From an uncultured SAR86 cluster bacterium (lineage in GTDB: Bacteria > Pseudomonadota > Gammaproteobacteria > Magnimaribacterales > D2472), in assembly GCA_902591665.1 (NCBI GenBank), contig CACJBO010000001.1:199085-263084 (forward strand): a stretch of DNA of 64,000 bases. The letters are read 5' to 3'. Under the pieces are notes generated by a model. The model worked only from the letters and a program-made list of their open reading frames with translations. It was not told where the DNA came from and ran no database searches. Each line of letters starts with the position of its first letter. Position 1 is the stretch's first letter. Both the position numbers and the translations under genes were made by a program. Shown here one piece after another: positions 13,638-27,227 of this stretch.

Positions 13638-13713
13638 GAAAATTCATTAACTTATCCTGTAGATATCTTGTTAGTTTTTTCGTAGACTAGTTGTCTATTA
13701 GGAGGAACTAGGA

Positions 13714-15009
13714 TTGGAATTTTGGAATAAATGCTCGGAGAAACTTGAAAACAAGCTTTCACAAGAAGATTTTAACACCTGGATCCGACCCCTTAAAGGC
13801 AATTTAAATAAAAATACTTTAGAAATAGTTGCACCCAATGATTTTATTCTCAACTACGTAGAAACAAATCTTTCAGATGAAATCATGGAAATGATTAAAT
13901 CACAATCAAAAAAAGACATAAGTCTGGTTTTTAAGACATTAACAAAGGAAACATTTGTTGATAAATATAGTAATAATAATAAATCTGAAGACACCAAACT
14001 AGTTCCATCTTATGTTTTTGATACCTTTGTTGAGGGTAAATCAAATCATGTGGCTCTGGCAGCATCCAAACAAGTTGCCCTAAACCCAAAAGGTGATTAC
14101 AACCCATTATTCATTTATGGTGGTGTTGGCCTTGGTAAGACCCACTTAATGCACGCTGTTGGAAACGAGATCCTTAAAAACGAACCAAATAAAAGAATTG
14201 TTTATGTTCACTCAGAAAAGTTTGTGTCTGATATGGTTAAAGCGCTTCAGCTTGGAGCTATGAACGAATTTAAATCTTTTTATAGAAACGCTGATGCCCT
14301 TTTAATTGATGATATACAGTTTTTTGCAGGAAAAGAGCAGTCGCAAGAAGAATTCTTCCATACATTCAACGCTTTGTTAGATAGAAACAATCAAATGATC
14401 CTCACCTGTGATAAATACCCAAAAGAAATTGATGGTTTAGAGGAAAGACTGAAATCAAGGCTTGGCTGGGGGTTGCCGGTAATTATTGACCCTCCTGAGC
14501 TAGAAACGAGAGCTGCGGTACTTCTACAAAAAGCTTCTTCAATGGGTGTTTCTCTGCCAAACGACTGCGCAATATATATTGCACAAAGAATAAGGTCAAA
14601 CATAAGGGAGCTTGAAGGCGCACTTAAGAGGGTTGTTGCCAATGCAAAGTTTACCAATCAGCAAATAGACCTTGCTCTTGTAAAAGATGCCCTTAAAGAT
14701 CTTTTTGTAATTTCTGCAAAAATGGTCAGTATTGAAAATATACAAAAGACAGTGGCCGAGTATTACAACATCAAGCTTTCAGATCTTTTGTCTAAAAGAA
14801 GAAGTCGCTCTATAACAAGACCGAGACAGCTTGCTATGGCTTTAACAAAAGAGCTTACAAGACATAGCCTTCCAGAAATAGGCGAAGCTTTTAACGGAAG
14901 GGACCACACCACAGTCTTGCATGCATGTAAAAAAATTGCGGAACTTAGAAAAGAAAGCCCCTCGCACGAAGAGGATTACAGAAACTTAACAAGAGCACTA
15001 ACCAATTAA
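13714..15009 (+). CDS. dnaA: Chromosomal replication initiator DnaA
   Basis: 431 aa with Walker A GGVGLGKTHL and the C-terminal DNA-binding block. TTG start 8 nt after AGGAGG. The N-terminus aligns with E. coli DnaA domain I. Confidence 0.97.
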   Translation: MEFWNKCSEKLENKLSQEDFNTWIRPLKGNLNKNTLEIVAPNDFILNYVETNLSDEIMEMIKSQSKKDISLVFKTLTKETFVDKYSNNNKSEDTKLVPSYVFDTFVEGKSNHVALAASKQVALNPKGDYNPLFIYGGVGLGKTHLMHAVGNEILKNEPNKRIVYVHSEKFVSDMVKALQLGAMNEFKSFYRNADALLIDDIQFFAGKEQSQEEFFHTFNALLDRNNQMILTCDKYPKEIDGLEERLKSRLGWGLPVIIDPPELETRAAVLLQKASSMGVSLPNDCAIYIAQRIRSNIRELEGALKRVVANAKFTNQQIDLALVKDALKDLFVISAKMVSIENIQKTVAEYYNIKLSDLLSKRRSRSITRPRQLAMALTKELTRHSLPEIGEAFNGRDHTTVLHACKKIAELRKESPSHEEDYRNLTRALTN

Positions 15010-15011
15010 TC

Positions 15012-16115
15012 ATGGATTTTTATATTACCAAAGAAGAGATAGTTTCATCTCTTAATACAACACTTGGGGTTGTAGAAAAACGTCAAACGCTCCCAATTCT
15101 TGCAAACGTCCTTTTTGAAGTTGATGAATCAACTTTAAGACTTACAGCAACAGATTTAGAATCTGAAATATCAACTATTTCAACAATATCTAATTTTAAA
15201 AGTGGAGGAAGGACAACAGCCCCAGCAAAAAAACTCAGCGAGCTTTGTAGGCTATTTAAAGAGGGAGATGAGATTCATTTTTTTCTTGATGGAGACAATC
15301 TAAAAATAGAAACAAGCTCCGGTAAATATAATTTATCTACATTACCCAGTGAAGATTTTCCTGTTTTTGAAAAAGAAGAGGGGGGAAACACTGTAAATAT
15401 TACAGCACCAAACTTAAAGGCGTTGATATACAAAACATCTTTTGCTATGGGCAATCAGGACTGGAGACATTACCTAAATGGTTTATATATTTCAGTTGAG
15501 GACAACAATATCACAAGCGTGGCAACAGATGCACATAGATTGGCTCTAGCCACAGCGCCCCTAAACGAAGGGGTTTCAGAACAAATTACCGGAATCGTTC
15601 CAAGAAAATCAATTAATGAAATAGGTAAGATTGTGAGCGATAGTAGCGAAAATATTTTATTACAACTAACACCTAACTCCATTAATGTTAATGTTGCTGG
15701 CACCACCTTTTCTAGCAAATTAATTGAAGGCAAATTCCCAGATTATGAACAAGTGATTCCTAGCGGAGAAAGCTCAACCCTCTCCATTAACAAGAAAGAC
15801 CTCTCAGAAAGTCTTAGTAGAGTAAGCGTTCTTTCTAGTGAAAAGTTTAGAGGCGTAAGGATGATAACTTCAGAAAACCAAATCAACATTTCTGCTAATA
15901 ACCCAGAAAAAGAACAGGCAGAAGAAAGTATTAATTGTTCTTACGCTGGTGAAAGTATTGATATAGCATTTAATGTTAATTATATCCAAGAAATTTTATC
16001 CTCTATTGATGGTGAAAGTGTTGAGGTGCATTTTTTTGGTTCTGATAAGAGCTGCCTTATCACAAACCCAGGCTCAGATGACTTTAAATATGTTGTGATG
16101 CCTTTATTAATTTAA
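15012..16115 (+). CDS. dnaN: DNA polymerase III beta sliding clamp
   Basis: 367 aa. Conserved dnaA-dnaN-recF order. C-terminal ...YVVMPLLI. Confidence 0.95.
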   Translation: MDFYITKEEIVSSLNTTLGVVEKRQTLPILANVLFEVDESTLRLTATDLESEISTISTISNFKSGGRTTAPAKKLSELCRLFKEGDEIHFFLDGDNLKIETSSGKYNLSTLPSEDFPVFEKEEGGNTVNITAPNLKALIYKTSFAMGNQDWRHYLNGLYISVEDNNITSVATDAHRLALATAPLNEGVSEQITGIVPRKSINEIGKIVSDSSENILLQLTPNSINVNVAGTTFSSKLIEGKFPDYEQVIPSGESSTLSINKKDLSESLSRVSVLSSEKFRGVRMITSENQINISANNPEKEQAEESINCSYAGESIDIAFNVNYIQEILSSIDGESVEVHFFGSDKSCLITNPGSDDFKYVVMPLLI

Positions 16116-16152
16116 TTGCTATAAATTAAATTTCTAGTTTTAATAAACTCAA

Positions 16153-19852
<3,700 letters not shown>

Positions 19853-19855
19853 TAT

Positions 19856-21211
19856 TTATTCATTTATGCACTTTATTAGATATTCTGGTAAAGCATCAAT
19901 AGATATTCTTTCTTGCTTCATTGTATCCCTATCTCTAACTGTAGCTGTATTGTCTTCCAAGCTCTCAAAATCTATTGTAATGCATAATGGCGTACCAATT
20001 TCATCGTGTCTTCGATAACCTTTACCTATATTACCTGTATTTTCTAAAACAACTCTCCCTATGTTTAAGCTTTGTAATCTCTTTTTTAAATCAGAGGCTT
20101 TACTAACCAGTTCAGCATTATTTTTTTTCAACGGAATTACAGCGGCTTTTATAGGCGAAAGATGTGGTTTAAGCTTTAAAACAATTCTTTCTTTGCCCTC
20201 GCCCAAATTTTCAACATTATATGCTTCATTCATGATCGCTAAAACACCTCTATCTACACCAGCAGAGGGTTCTATAACATAAGGAACCACCCATTTCTTT
20301 GATTCTATGTCTTGAATTGCCAATCTTGTATTTGAATTATTGTTTGCCATGACTTTAGCAGATATATTAAGTTCATCCTGGTTTTTTGTATGTGAGCCTA
20401 AGTCAAAATCTGTTCTATTCGCTATACCCTCCAATTCTTCAAGCCCATGAGGAAACTTGTACATAATATCAATTGTGCCCTTTGAATAATGTGCTAACTC
20501 ATCATCAGGCACATCGTAGAGCTCTATATTATCTTTTGGCACACCCTGTTTTTCCCACCAATCAAGCCTCTTTTTAACCCATGTCTTATGCCAGTCTTCA
20601 TCAGTTCCTGGCTTTACAAAAAACTCTAACTCCATTTGTTCAAACTCTCTAACCCTAAAAATAAAATTTCTAGGAGTTATTTCGTTTCTAAATGCTTTAC
20701 CTATCTGTGCAATGCCAAATGGTAATGTTTTTGAAGACGAATCAACAACATTTTTAAAATTTGTAAATATTTGTTGTGCGGTTTCAGGCCTTAAGTATGC
20801 AAATGAAGTACCATCGTCTATTGGTCCAACGTTTGTTTTAAACATAAGGTTAAACTGTCGTGCTTCAGTAAAATCACATTTACCCTTATTGCAGTTTTCA
20901 GGTAGTTGATCTTCTCTAAACCTTGATTTACATGTTTTACAGTCAACCATGGGGTCTGAGAAGGTATCTTCATGACCAGAATACTTTAAAACTGTAGGGT
21001 TTGATAATATAGAAGCATCTAAACCTTCAATATTATCGTTTTCATAGACCATAGATGACCACCAAGCATTTTTTAAGTTATTTTTTAGTTCTACACCTAA
21101 AGGACCATAATCATACATGCCTTGCAATCCGCCATATATTTCTCCAGATTGAAAGATAAAACCTCTTCTCTTACACAAAGATACTAAATCATCCATTGTT
21201 TTTGCGGTCAA
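19856..21211 (-). CDS. glyQS: Glycine--tRNA ligase, single-chain alpha2-dimer type
   Basis: 451 aa. N-terminus ...[34 protein letters not shown] is typical of GlyQS-type (class II) GlyRS, not of the GlyQ/GlyS pair. Confidence 0.93.
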   Translation of the reverse strand: MTAKTMDDLVSLCKRRGFIFQSGEIYGGLQGMYDYGPLGVELKNNLKNAWWSSMVYENDNIEGLDASILSNPTVLKYSGHEDTFSDPMVDCKTCKSRFREDQLPENCNKGKCDFTEARQFNLMFKTNVGPIDDGTSFAYLRPETAQQIFTNFKNVVDSSSKTLPFGIAQIGKAFRNEITPRNFIFRVREFEQMELEFFVKPGTDEDWHKTWVKKRLDWWEKQGVPKDNIELYDVPDDELAHYSKGTIDIMYKFPHGLEELEGIANRTDFDLGSHTKNQDELNISAKVMANNNSNTRLAIQDIESKKWVVPYVIEPSAGVDRGVLAIMNEAYNVENLGEGKERIVLKLKPHLSPIKAAVIPLKKNNAELVSKASDLKKRLQSLNIGRVVLENTGNIGKGYRRHDEIGTPLCITIDFESLEDNTATVRDRDTMKQERISIDALPEYLIKCINE

Positions 21212-21322
21212 TGTACTCTCCTAGTCCATATAAAATGGAACATATGTCTAATTAATAATAAATAAACTATTTATAGAAATTAAATCCATAACTATAAAAA
21301 TCAATTAAGATTATATATCAAA

Positions 21323-21600
21323 CGCTGGATAAGTAATCACAATGAAGTTTATATTTTATATAGTATCTCTAATTTCACTATCTCTTCTAAGTAATATAGT
21401 ATCTTCTATTTTTAAAACTGAGGTATATGAGGTATATAAGCTATCTAATGTATATTAAATTAAAGCTGGGTAAGTAATCACGATGAAGTCTATATTTTAC
21501 ATAGTATCTTTATTTCCCATATCCATAGTTAGATTTATCGTTTCTTCTATTTCTAAAACTGGGATATATAAGTTATCCAATGGATATAAAGTAACATTGC
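21323..21600 (+). repeat. Two-unit tandem direct repeat (about 142 bp per unit) spanning the promoter region and 5' end of the lpxL-like gene
   Basis: Unit A begins GCTGGATAAGTAATCACAATGAAGTTTATATTTTA. Unit B begins GCTGGGTAAGTAATCACGATGAAGTCTATATTTTA. The ATG-to-ATG offset is 21341 -> 21483 = 142 bp, with further shared blocks downstream. Confidence 0.8.
21341..21458 (+). pseudogene. Frameshifted relic of the N-terminal (membrane-anchor) coding part of the downstream acyltransferase gene
   Basis: As written it reads MKFIFYISISNFTISSK* (stop at 21392-21394). Removing one T near 21360 gives ...IVSLISLSLLSNIVSSIFKTEVYEVYKLSNVY*, which parallels the genuine MKSIFYIVSLFPISIVRFIVSSISKTGIYKLSNGY. 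Confidence 0.65.
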
Positions 21601-22343
21601 AAAACCTAAAGATGAGTTATAAAAACTTAAACCAAGATGAGCTTGAAAAACTTGCATCACAAAGTTTTATAGAAACATTAGTAAGTGGCTATGAAACTAT
21701 TCAGTCGTGGAGTAGGCCGATTCATAATTCAGGAAAAAAGATATTTAGAGTAGAAAATAATTTTCTTCTTAATAAATATATTAACGATGGGAATGGTGTT
21801 GCTGTAATTGCGATCCATAACAGAAGTGTAGATATGTTACTCAAATGGATTAATACAAAAAGTGAAACAACCACACTTTATAAAAAAGTTAAAATTAAGG
21901 CGCTCGATAGTTTTGTAAAAAAACAAAGAGAAGGAAAACGCAACAAGGTATATGAAACCAACATGAACGGCGTAAGAAAAATATTTCAAGCATTTAAAGC
22001 TGGAAAAACCATTTGCATAGCTGCTGATCAGGTTCCACAAAGAGGCATGGGCGAATATGTAAAACTTTTTAATAACGATGCCTATACAACAACGCTAGCC
22101 TCATCAATGTTATACAAAACAAAGAAACCGGGTGTATTTATTTGTCTTAACTCATTTGGTAATAATAAGCTTGGCATTACAATCAAACCCACAAAAAAAG
22201 GTATATATAAAGATAGTGAGTACAAACTATCACTTAATAAAAGTATCGAAGAACTAATTAATATAAACCCAATAGATTACTCCTGGGAATACAAACGCTA
22301 TAGAAGACCTCCATCCGGAGAAGACCCATATTTAGATATCTAA
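21483..22343 (+). CDS. lpxL: Lipid A biosynthesis lauroyl/myristoyl acyltransferase family protein (LpxL/HtrB-like)
   Basis: 286 aa with an N-terminal TM anchor, HNRSVD (HX4D) motif, AADQ block and the C-terminal PIDYSWEYKRYRR typical of the family. Confidence 0.72.
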   Translation: MKSIFYIVSLFPISIVRFIVSSISKTGIYKLSNGYKVTLQNLKMSYKNLNQDELEKLASQSFIETLVSGYETIQSWSRPIHNSGKKIFRVENNFLLNKYINDGNGVAVIAIHNRSVDMLLKWINTKSETTTLYKKVKIKALDSFVKKQREGKRNKVYETNMNGVRKIFQAFKAGKTICIAADQVPQRGMGEYVKLFNNDAYTTTLASSMLYKTKKPGVFICLNSFGNNKLGITIKPTKKGIYKDSEYKLSLNKSIEELININPIDYSWEYKRYRRPPSGEDPYLDI

Positions 22344-22344
22344 A

Positions 22345-23778
22345 TTATTTTTGCCAGAAGATTGGTGTGAATAAAACAAGAAGTGTAAAAATTTCAAGTC
22401 TTCCTAATATCATTGCAAAAGACAATATCCCCTTACCAACAGTTGAAACAGAATCATATGTTTGAGCAACTTCGCCAAGACCGGGACCAAGATTATTTAG
22501 GCACGCACCAACAGCTGAAAACGCTGATTGAAAATCAAGGCCTGTAGCAACTAGCCCCAATAACAAAATAATGAAAGATATTACGTATATTGAAAAGAAA
22601 CCCCATACAGATGCAGCTACATCATTTTCAACACTCTTAGTTCCAATTTTTAAAGTTATAACAGCATTTGGATGAATCATTTTCTTTAGATTGATATATG
22701 CATAATTGATCATTATGAGCACTCTCCAAGATTTAATACCTCCACCAACCGAACCAGAACATGCTCCAATAAAAGCTCCAATTAAGAAAAGAAAACCTAT
22801 TGATGGACTCCACTGGTTTGTGTCACCTATTGAAAAACCTGTTGTAGTTACAATTGATACTGAGTGAAAAAGTAATTCTCTAATACTGGCCTGTTCTTGG
22901 GTTGAAATATAATTCATTAAAACAGATAGCAAGAATATGATTGCCATTATTGAGATAAAGAATCTAAGCTCTGGATCATATAAATATTTAAGAGGTTTCT
23001 TCATATAAAAAGCAAAATAATGCAATGTGAAACTAAGTGCGGACAAAAGCATAAAAAATATACAAACAGCCTCAATCATTCCATTATTAAAGTAACCAAT
23101 GCTCTGGTCATATGTAGAAAAACCACCAATTGAGACCGTGCTTAAGCTATGTGATATTGCATCAAATGCATTCATTCCTGCAAAGAAATAAAAAAGAGCA
23201 CAACTGACAGTAAGTAAAAGATATATAAGCCACAAAGCTTGAGCTGTTTCTTTTATTCTTGGTGTTAGCTTTTGGTCATTCATGGCTCCAGGTATTTCTG
23301 TTTTATAAAGCTGACCACCGCCAATACCCAATAAAGGCATAACTGCAATAGCTAGAACTATTAAACCCATGCCGCCCATCCACTGTAGTAGCTGCCTGTA
23401 AAGCAACAATGACTCGGGAAGGGTGCTCAAATTTGATATTACAGTTGCGCCAGTAGTTGTTATACCAGACATTGATTCAAAAAAAGAATCAATAAAAGTC
23501 ATACCGCTTAACATAAATGGAATAGAGCCAGCAGATGACAACACAACCCAGAAAAGAGTTATTACCAAAAAACCATCTTTGTGGCTCATGTCTTCAACAG
23601 TATTCCTTGATATTAACCACCCAATGAAGCCAACTATAAAAACAATCAAAAATGTAATAACAAAGACTGACATGGCTCCGTCTTTATAAATTAGAGATGT
23701 GATTATTGGAAATATAAATGAAGTGCTAAAAAACATCACCAAGATGCTGAATAGCTTTAATAAAGGCTTCAGGTTCAT
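22345..23778 (-). CDS. trkH: Trk-type K+ uptake protein TrkH
   Basis: 477 aa polytopic protein with repeated MSGITTTG/VTTTGF selectivity-filter-like motifs, downstream of trkA. Confidence 0.92.
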   Translation of the reverse strand: MNLKPLLKLFSILVMFFSTSFIFPIITSLIYKDGAMSVFVITFLIVFIVGFIGWLISRNTVEDMSHKDGFLVITLFWVVLSSAGSIPFMLSGMTFIDSFFESMSGITTTGATVISNLSTLPESLLLYRQLLQWMGGMGLIVLAIAVMPLLGIGGGQLYKTEIPGAMNDQKLTPRIKETAQALWLIYLLLTVSCALFYFFAGMNAFDAISHSLSTVSIGGFSTYDQSIGYFNNGMIEAVCIFFMLLSALSFTLHYFAFYMKKPLKYLYDPELRFFISIMAIIFLLSVLMNYISTQEQASIRELLFHSVSIVTTTGFSIGDTNQWSPSIGFLFLIGAFIGACSGSVGGGIKSWRVLIMINYAYINLKKMIHPNAVITLKIGTKSVENDVAASVWGFFSIYVISFIILLLGLVATGLDFQSAFSAVGACLNNLGPGLGEVAQTYDSVSTVGKGILSFAMILGRLEIFTLLVLFTPIFWQK

Positions 23779-23782
23779 TGGC

Positions 23783-25132
23783 TTATCTAAAAAGCACCTC
23801 TACTTCATTAATTTTGTTTTTATCTGATAAAAATATTACTAAGTGATCATTTAGTGTTAATTCAACACTTGAGCTAGGCATTATAAGATCGCCATGTCTT
23901 ATAATAGCTGCAATTGCTGTTCCCTCGGGTAAAGGTATGTCTTTAATAGGTTTTCCAAACAAAGGTGAGGTAAATTCATTCGCATGAACAATGCCCTCAA
24001 TAGCCTCAGCGCCCGTATTTACTTTTAAAATTACGTCTTGAGCCACATCACTTTCTCTTAGATCTTGGAGAACAGATGACACAGTAAGCCTATAAGGCGC
24101 TATGTAGACATCAATGAAGCCAGGTACAAGACCTAAATAAGATGGGTTATTCAGTATAATCATGGTTTTCTTTGCACCCATTTTCTTAGCAAGCAGCGAA
24201 GACATGACATTTGTCTCGTCATCATCAGTTAAAGCACAAAATATATCAATATTTGCAATATTTTCACTTTTTAAAAGAGATTCATCTGTTGCTGAGCCAT
24301 TTAGAACTATAGTTTTCTCTAATTCTTTTGATAAAACCTTGCATCGCTCATTATTAGAGTCAACTAGCTTTACGTTATAGTCCTTTTCAATATCTTTTGC
24401 TAAAGAAAAGCCTACTTTTCCGCCGCCCACAATCATAATTCTGGAATATTGCTCCTCATGGTCCCTAAACTCATCAACAATTGGTCCTATATTAGATTCA
24501 GACGATATAAAGTAGACTTCATCATTCTCTTTAATAATAGTATCCCCTGAAGGTATAAAAGGATTTCCTTTTCTGTATATAGAGGCCACAAAAGCATCAA
24601 TATCTGGCATATCTTCCTTAATGCCTTTAAGCTCTCTTCCAACAAGCTTTCCCTTTTTCTTTGCCTTAACTGAAACTAGCTTAACTTTTCCATTAGCAAA
24701 ACTTTCAATTTGATTTGCTCCAGGATGATCTATTAACTCTTTTAAATGAGTTGTTATTTCATCTTCTGGGCTAATGGGTATATCAATAACCCCTTCACCA
24801 AATATTTCTAGTTTTCCAAAGTAAGAGTTATCTCTGAAACGGCATATAGTCTTTTTAACATTAAAAGCTTTTTTTGCAATTTGGCAAGCAACGATATTTA
24901 CTTCGTCGTTAGATGTTACAGCAAGAACAATCGTGTCTTCATTGAGACCAGATTTTTTTAATGTATTAAGGTGAGAAGCAGACCCCTCAACAGTCATGAT
25001 ATCTAACTTATCTTCAAGCTCAGATAGTTTGTTTTTGTCTTCATCAACCATGCAAACTTCATAGTTAGAATTAGATAAATTTCTTGCAAGACTGCTACCA
25101 ATTCTTCCAGCACCCAATATTACAATTTTCAT
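23783..25132 (-). CDS. trkA: Trk system NAD-binding subunit TrkA
   Basis: 449 aa with two Rossmann repeats (ILGAGRIGS, IVGGGKVGF). Confidence 0.93.
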   Translation of the reverse strand: MKIVILGAGRIGSSLARNLSNSNYEVCMVDEDKNKLSELEDKLDIMTVEGSASHLNTLKKSGLNEDTIVLAVTSNDEVNIVACQIAKKAFNVKKTICRFRDNSYFGKLEIFGEGVIDIPISPEDEITTHLKELIDHPGANQIESFANGKVKLVSVKAKKKGKLVGRELKGIKEDMPDIDAFVASIYRKGNPFIPSGDTIIKENDEVYFISSESNIGPIVDEFRDHEEQYSRIMIVGGGKVGFSLAKDIEKDYNVKLVDSNNERCKVLSKELEKTIVLNGSATDESLLKSENIANIDIFCALTDDDETNVMSSLLAKKMGAKKTMIILNNPSYLGLVPGFIDVYIAPYRLTVSSVLQDLRESDVAQDVILKVNTGAEAIEGIVHANEFTSPLFGKPIKDIPLPEGTAIAAIIRHGDLIMPSSSVELTLNDHLVIFLSDKNKINEVEVLFR

Positions 25133-25187
25133 ATTTGATAAATTAAACCTCTTTTAATGTAATTAAAAGACTTCCTGGTAAATTAAA

Positions 25188-26111
25188 TTATTTGATAAAG
25201 AACTCTTTATATGAATTAAAAGCATCTGTTGAGCTTATAATATTTTTATTTGGAAATTGTAAGTGAGTAATTACTATTGTTTTATCTCCTGTTCTTGCTG
25301 TTAATAATGATTTATCAAATTTAAAAATTTCATTGTCTAAACATGTATTATTTTTATCTAAAACATACATCCCTTTAATTTTCACGATTGTATTCTTATG
25401 TTCAAATGCTATACCTGGCCACTCATAATATGCCCTAAATTTGTTATAAATTTCATCAGACGACATTTCAAAATTTATCAATGAATCTTGTTTGATAATT
25501 TTTTTACAATAAGTAGACCTTTCATTATTTTGCTTTAACAAGCCAAAATTATTTTCGTTAATGTTCGATAATACAGTATATATATTTTCTATAGCCAAAT
25601 TACATAAATCTTCTTCAAGTGTTACTTTGTTATGATCATCACGCACTTGCATTTCATATTTATCTATACAATCACCCTCATCTAATTTATTGTTCATTTT
25701 GATAAAAGTAATACCAGTTTTTTCATCACCATTTAAAAGACAAGACTGAATTGGAGATGCGCCTCTGTATTTTGGAAGAAGTGAGTAGTGAACATTAATT
25801 GGCATCACTTTTGGGCTTGCCAACATCCAGTTTGGAAGTATTTTTCCATATGCTGCTACAATCAGAAAATCAAAGTCTAGTTTTAAAAGAGTTTCTTTAA
25901 ATTCAGCTGAATTCAAATCATCAGGCTTGAAGATCGAAAGGTTGGCCTCAAACGCAGCAAGAGATACATGTGATTGTTTTATTTTATTACCTCTTTTTTG
26001 AGCTACATCTGGTTTTGTTATAACGCCGATAATATTCATGCGCTCATCGTTACACATTGATTGCAGCAGTTTGGCTGAGGGTTCGGGTGTGCCAGCAAAT
26101 AAAATATTCAT
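25188..26111 (-). CDS. fmt: Methionyl-tRNA formyltransferase
   Basis: 307 aa with N-terminal ILFAGTPE and the HYSLLPKYRGASPIQ motif, downstream of def. Confidence 0.93.
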   Translation of the reverse strand: MNILFAGTPEPSAKLLQSMCNDERMNIIGVITKPDVAQKRGNKIKQSHVSLAAFEANLSIFKPDDLNSAEFKETLLKLDFDFLIVAAYGKILPNWMLASPKVMPINVHYSLLPKYRGASPIQSCLLNGDEKTGITFIKMNNKLDEGDCIDKYEMQVRDDHNKVTLEEDLCNLAIENIYTVLSNINENNFGLLKQNNERSTYCKKIIKQDSLINFEMSSDEIYNKFRAYYEWPGIAFEHKNTIVKIKGMYVLDKNNTCLDNEIFKFDKSLLTARTGDKTIVITHLQFPNKNIISSTDAFNSYKEFFIK

Positions 26112-26157
26112 AAAATCGCTTAATATCTTTTAATTTCGTTTAAAATCTCTTTATTTC

Positions 26158-26655
26158 TTACTTTGAAAGCTTTTTCCTAATTCTATCGCGTTTAATGGGG
26201 CTTATATAATCAACCATTAATTTACCTTCTAAATGGTCTATTTCATGTTGTATGCATATAGTTAGAAGCCCATCTGGAGTATCTTGGTGTAATTCACCCG
26301 ATAGATCCTGCCATTTAAGCTCTATTTTATCTGGTCTTATGATTTCTTCACTAAATCCCGGAACTGAAAGACACCCTTCTTCAAAAGATGCAAGTGATTC
26401 TTTATTTAATATCTTGTATTCAGGATTAATAAAAATTCTTGGTTCATTCCTTTCTTCGCTTAAATCCATAACTATTACACGGATATGTCTGTTTACTTGA
26501 GTTGCTGCAAGACCAATACCATTATCTTCATACATTGTATGAAGCATATCCTTAGTAAGTTTTTCTAGACTTTTGTCGAATTTTTCAACTTTTTTAGCAA
26601 CAGTTCTCAGCCTTGGATCTGGAAATTTTAAAATTTTTAGTTTTTCTGCCATCAA
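26158..26655 (-). CDS. def: Peptide deformylase
   Basis: [17 protein letters not shown] and QHEIDHLEG motifs. Confidence 0.95.
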   Translation of the reverse strand: MMAEKLKILKFPDPRLRTVAKKVEKFDKSLEKLTKDMLHTMYEDNGIGLAATQVNRHIRVIVMDLSEERNEPRIFINPEYKILNKESLASFEEGCLSVPGFSEEIIRPDKIELKWQDLSGELHQDTPDGLLTICIQHEIDHLEGKLMVDYISPIKRDRIRKKLSK

Positions 26656-26726
26656 ATCACTATTTTTTTATATATTCCGCCATTATAATCTCTTTGTATT
26701 ATTAACAACTATTTATTTTAAAAATT

Positions 26727-27227
26727 ATGACTAATTCAACCACAGATGTAGCGATAATAATGGGTTCAGACTCTGATTTGCCTATTGTAGAAGCTAGTTT
26801 TGCTATTTTGGACTCTTTTGGCGTTAAATACACAAAAAACGTGATGTCTGCGCACAGAACACCTCATGAGGTCATGGAATTGATTAAAACCTCTGAACAC
26901 AACGGATGTAAGGTATTTATAGCTGCTGCAGGTATGGCAGCTCACCTTGCTGGAGCTGTTGCAGCACACTCAACAAGGCCTGTTATAGGTATTCCTATAG
27001 AATCCGGCGGAATGGGCGGAATGGACTCTTTGCTATCAACAGCTATGATGCCTCCTGGTGTTCCAGTTGCTACAGTTGCTGTGGGGAAAGCTGGCGCAAA
27101 AAATAGTGCAATTCTAGCAGTTCAGATTTTAGCTACTTCAGATGATGGCTTGGCAGCAAAACTTTCAGAATATAAAAGTAATATGCGTGACGAGGTTCTA
27201 AAAAAAGATCAGGCACTTAATTCCTAA
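26727..27227 (+). CDS. purE: N5-carboxyaminoimidazole ribonucleotide mutase
   Basis: 166 aa with VAIIMGSDSDLP and SAHRTP motifs. Confidence 0.93.
   Translation: MTNSTTDVAIIMGSDSDLPIVEASFAILDSFGVKYTKNVMSAHRTPHEVMELIKTSEHNGCKVFIAAAGMAAHLAGAVAAHSTRPVIGIPIESGGMGGMDSLLSTAMMPPGVPVATVAVGKAGAKNSAILAVQILATSDDGLAAKLSEYKSNMRDEVLKKDQALNS

Noticed and set aside
13652-13660. TTATCCTGT as a second DnaA box upstream of dnaA.
   Set aside because: It has three mismatches in the 3' half relative to TTATCCACA, which is too weak to call in AT-rich DNA.
25150-25170. The palindrome TCTTTTAAT-GTA-ATTAAAAGA between fmt and trkA.
   Set aside because: The stem is almost entirely A/T, giving very low predicted stability. 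Such palindromes are frequent in AT-rich spacers, and no U-tract follows.
26727-27227. purE without an adjacent purK as a possible pathway anomaly.
   Set aside because: purE and purK are unlinked in many genomes, so nothing about the pathway can be inferred from a 64-kb window.
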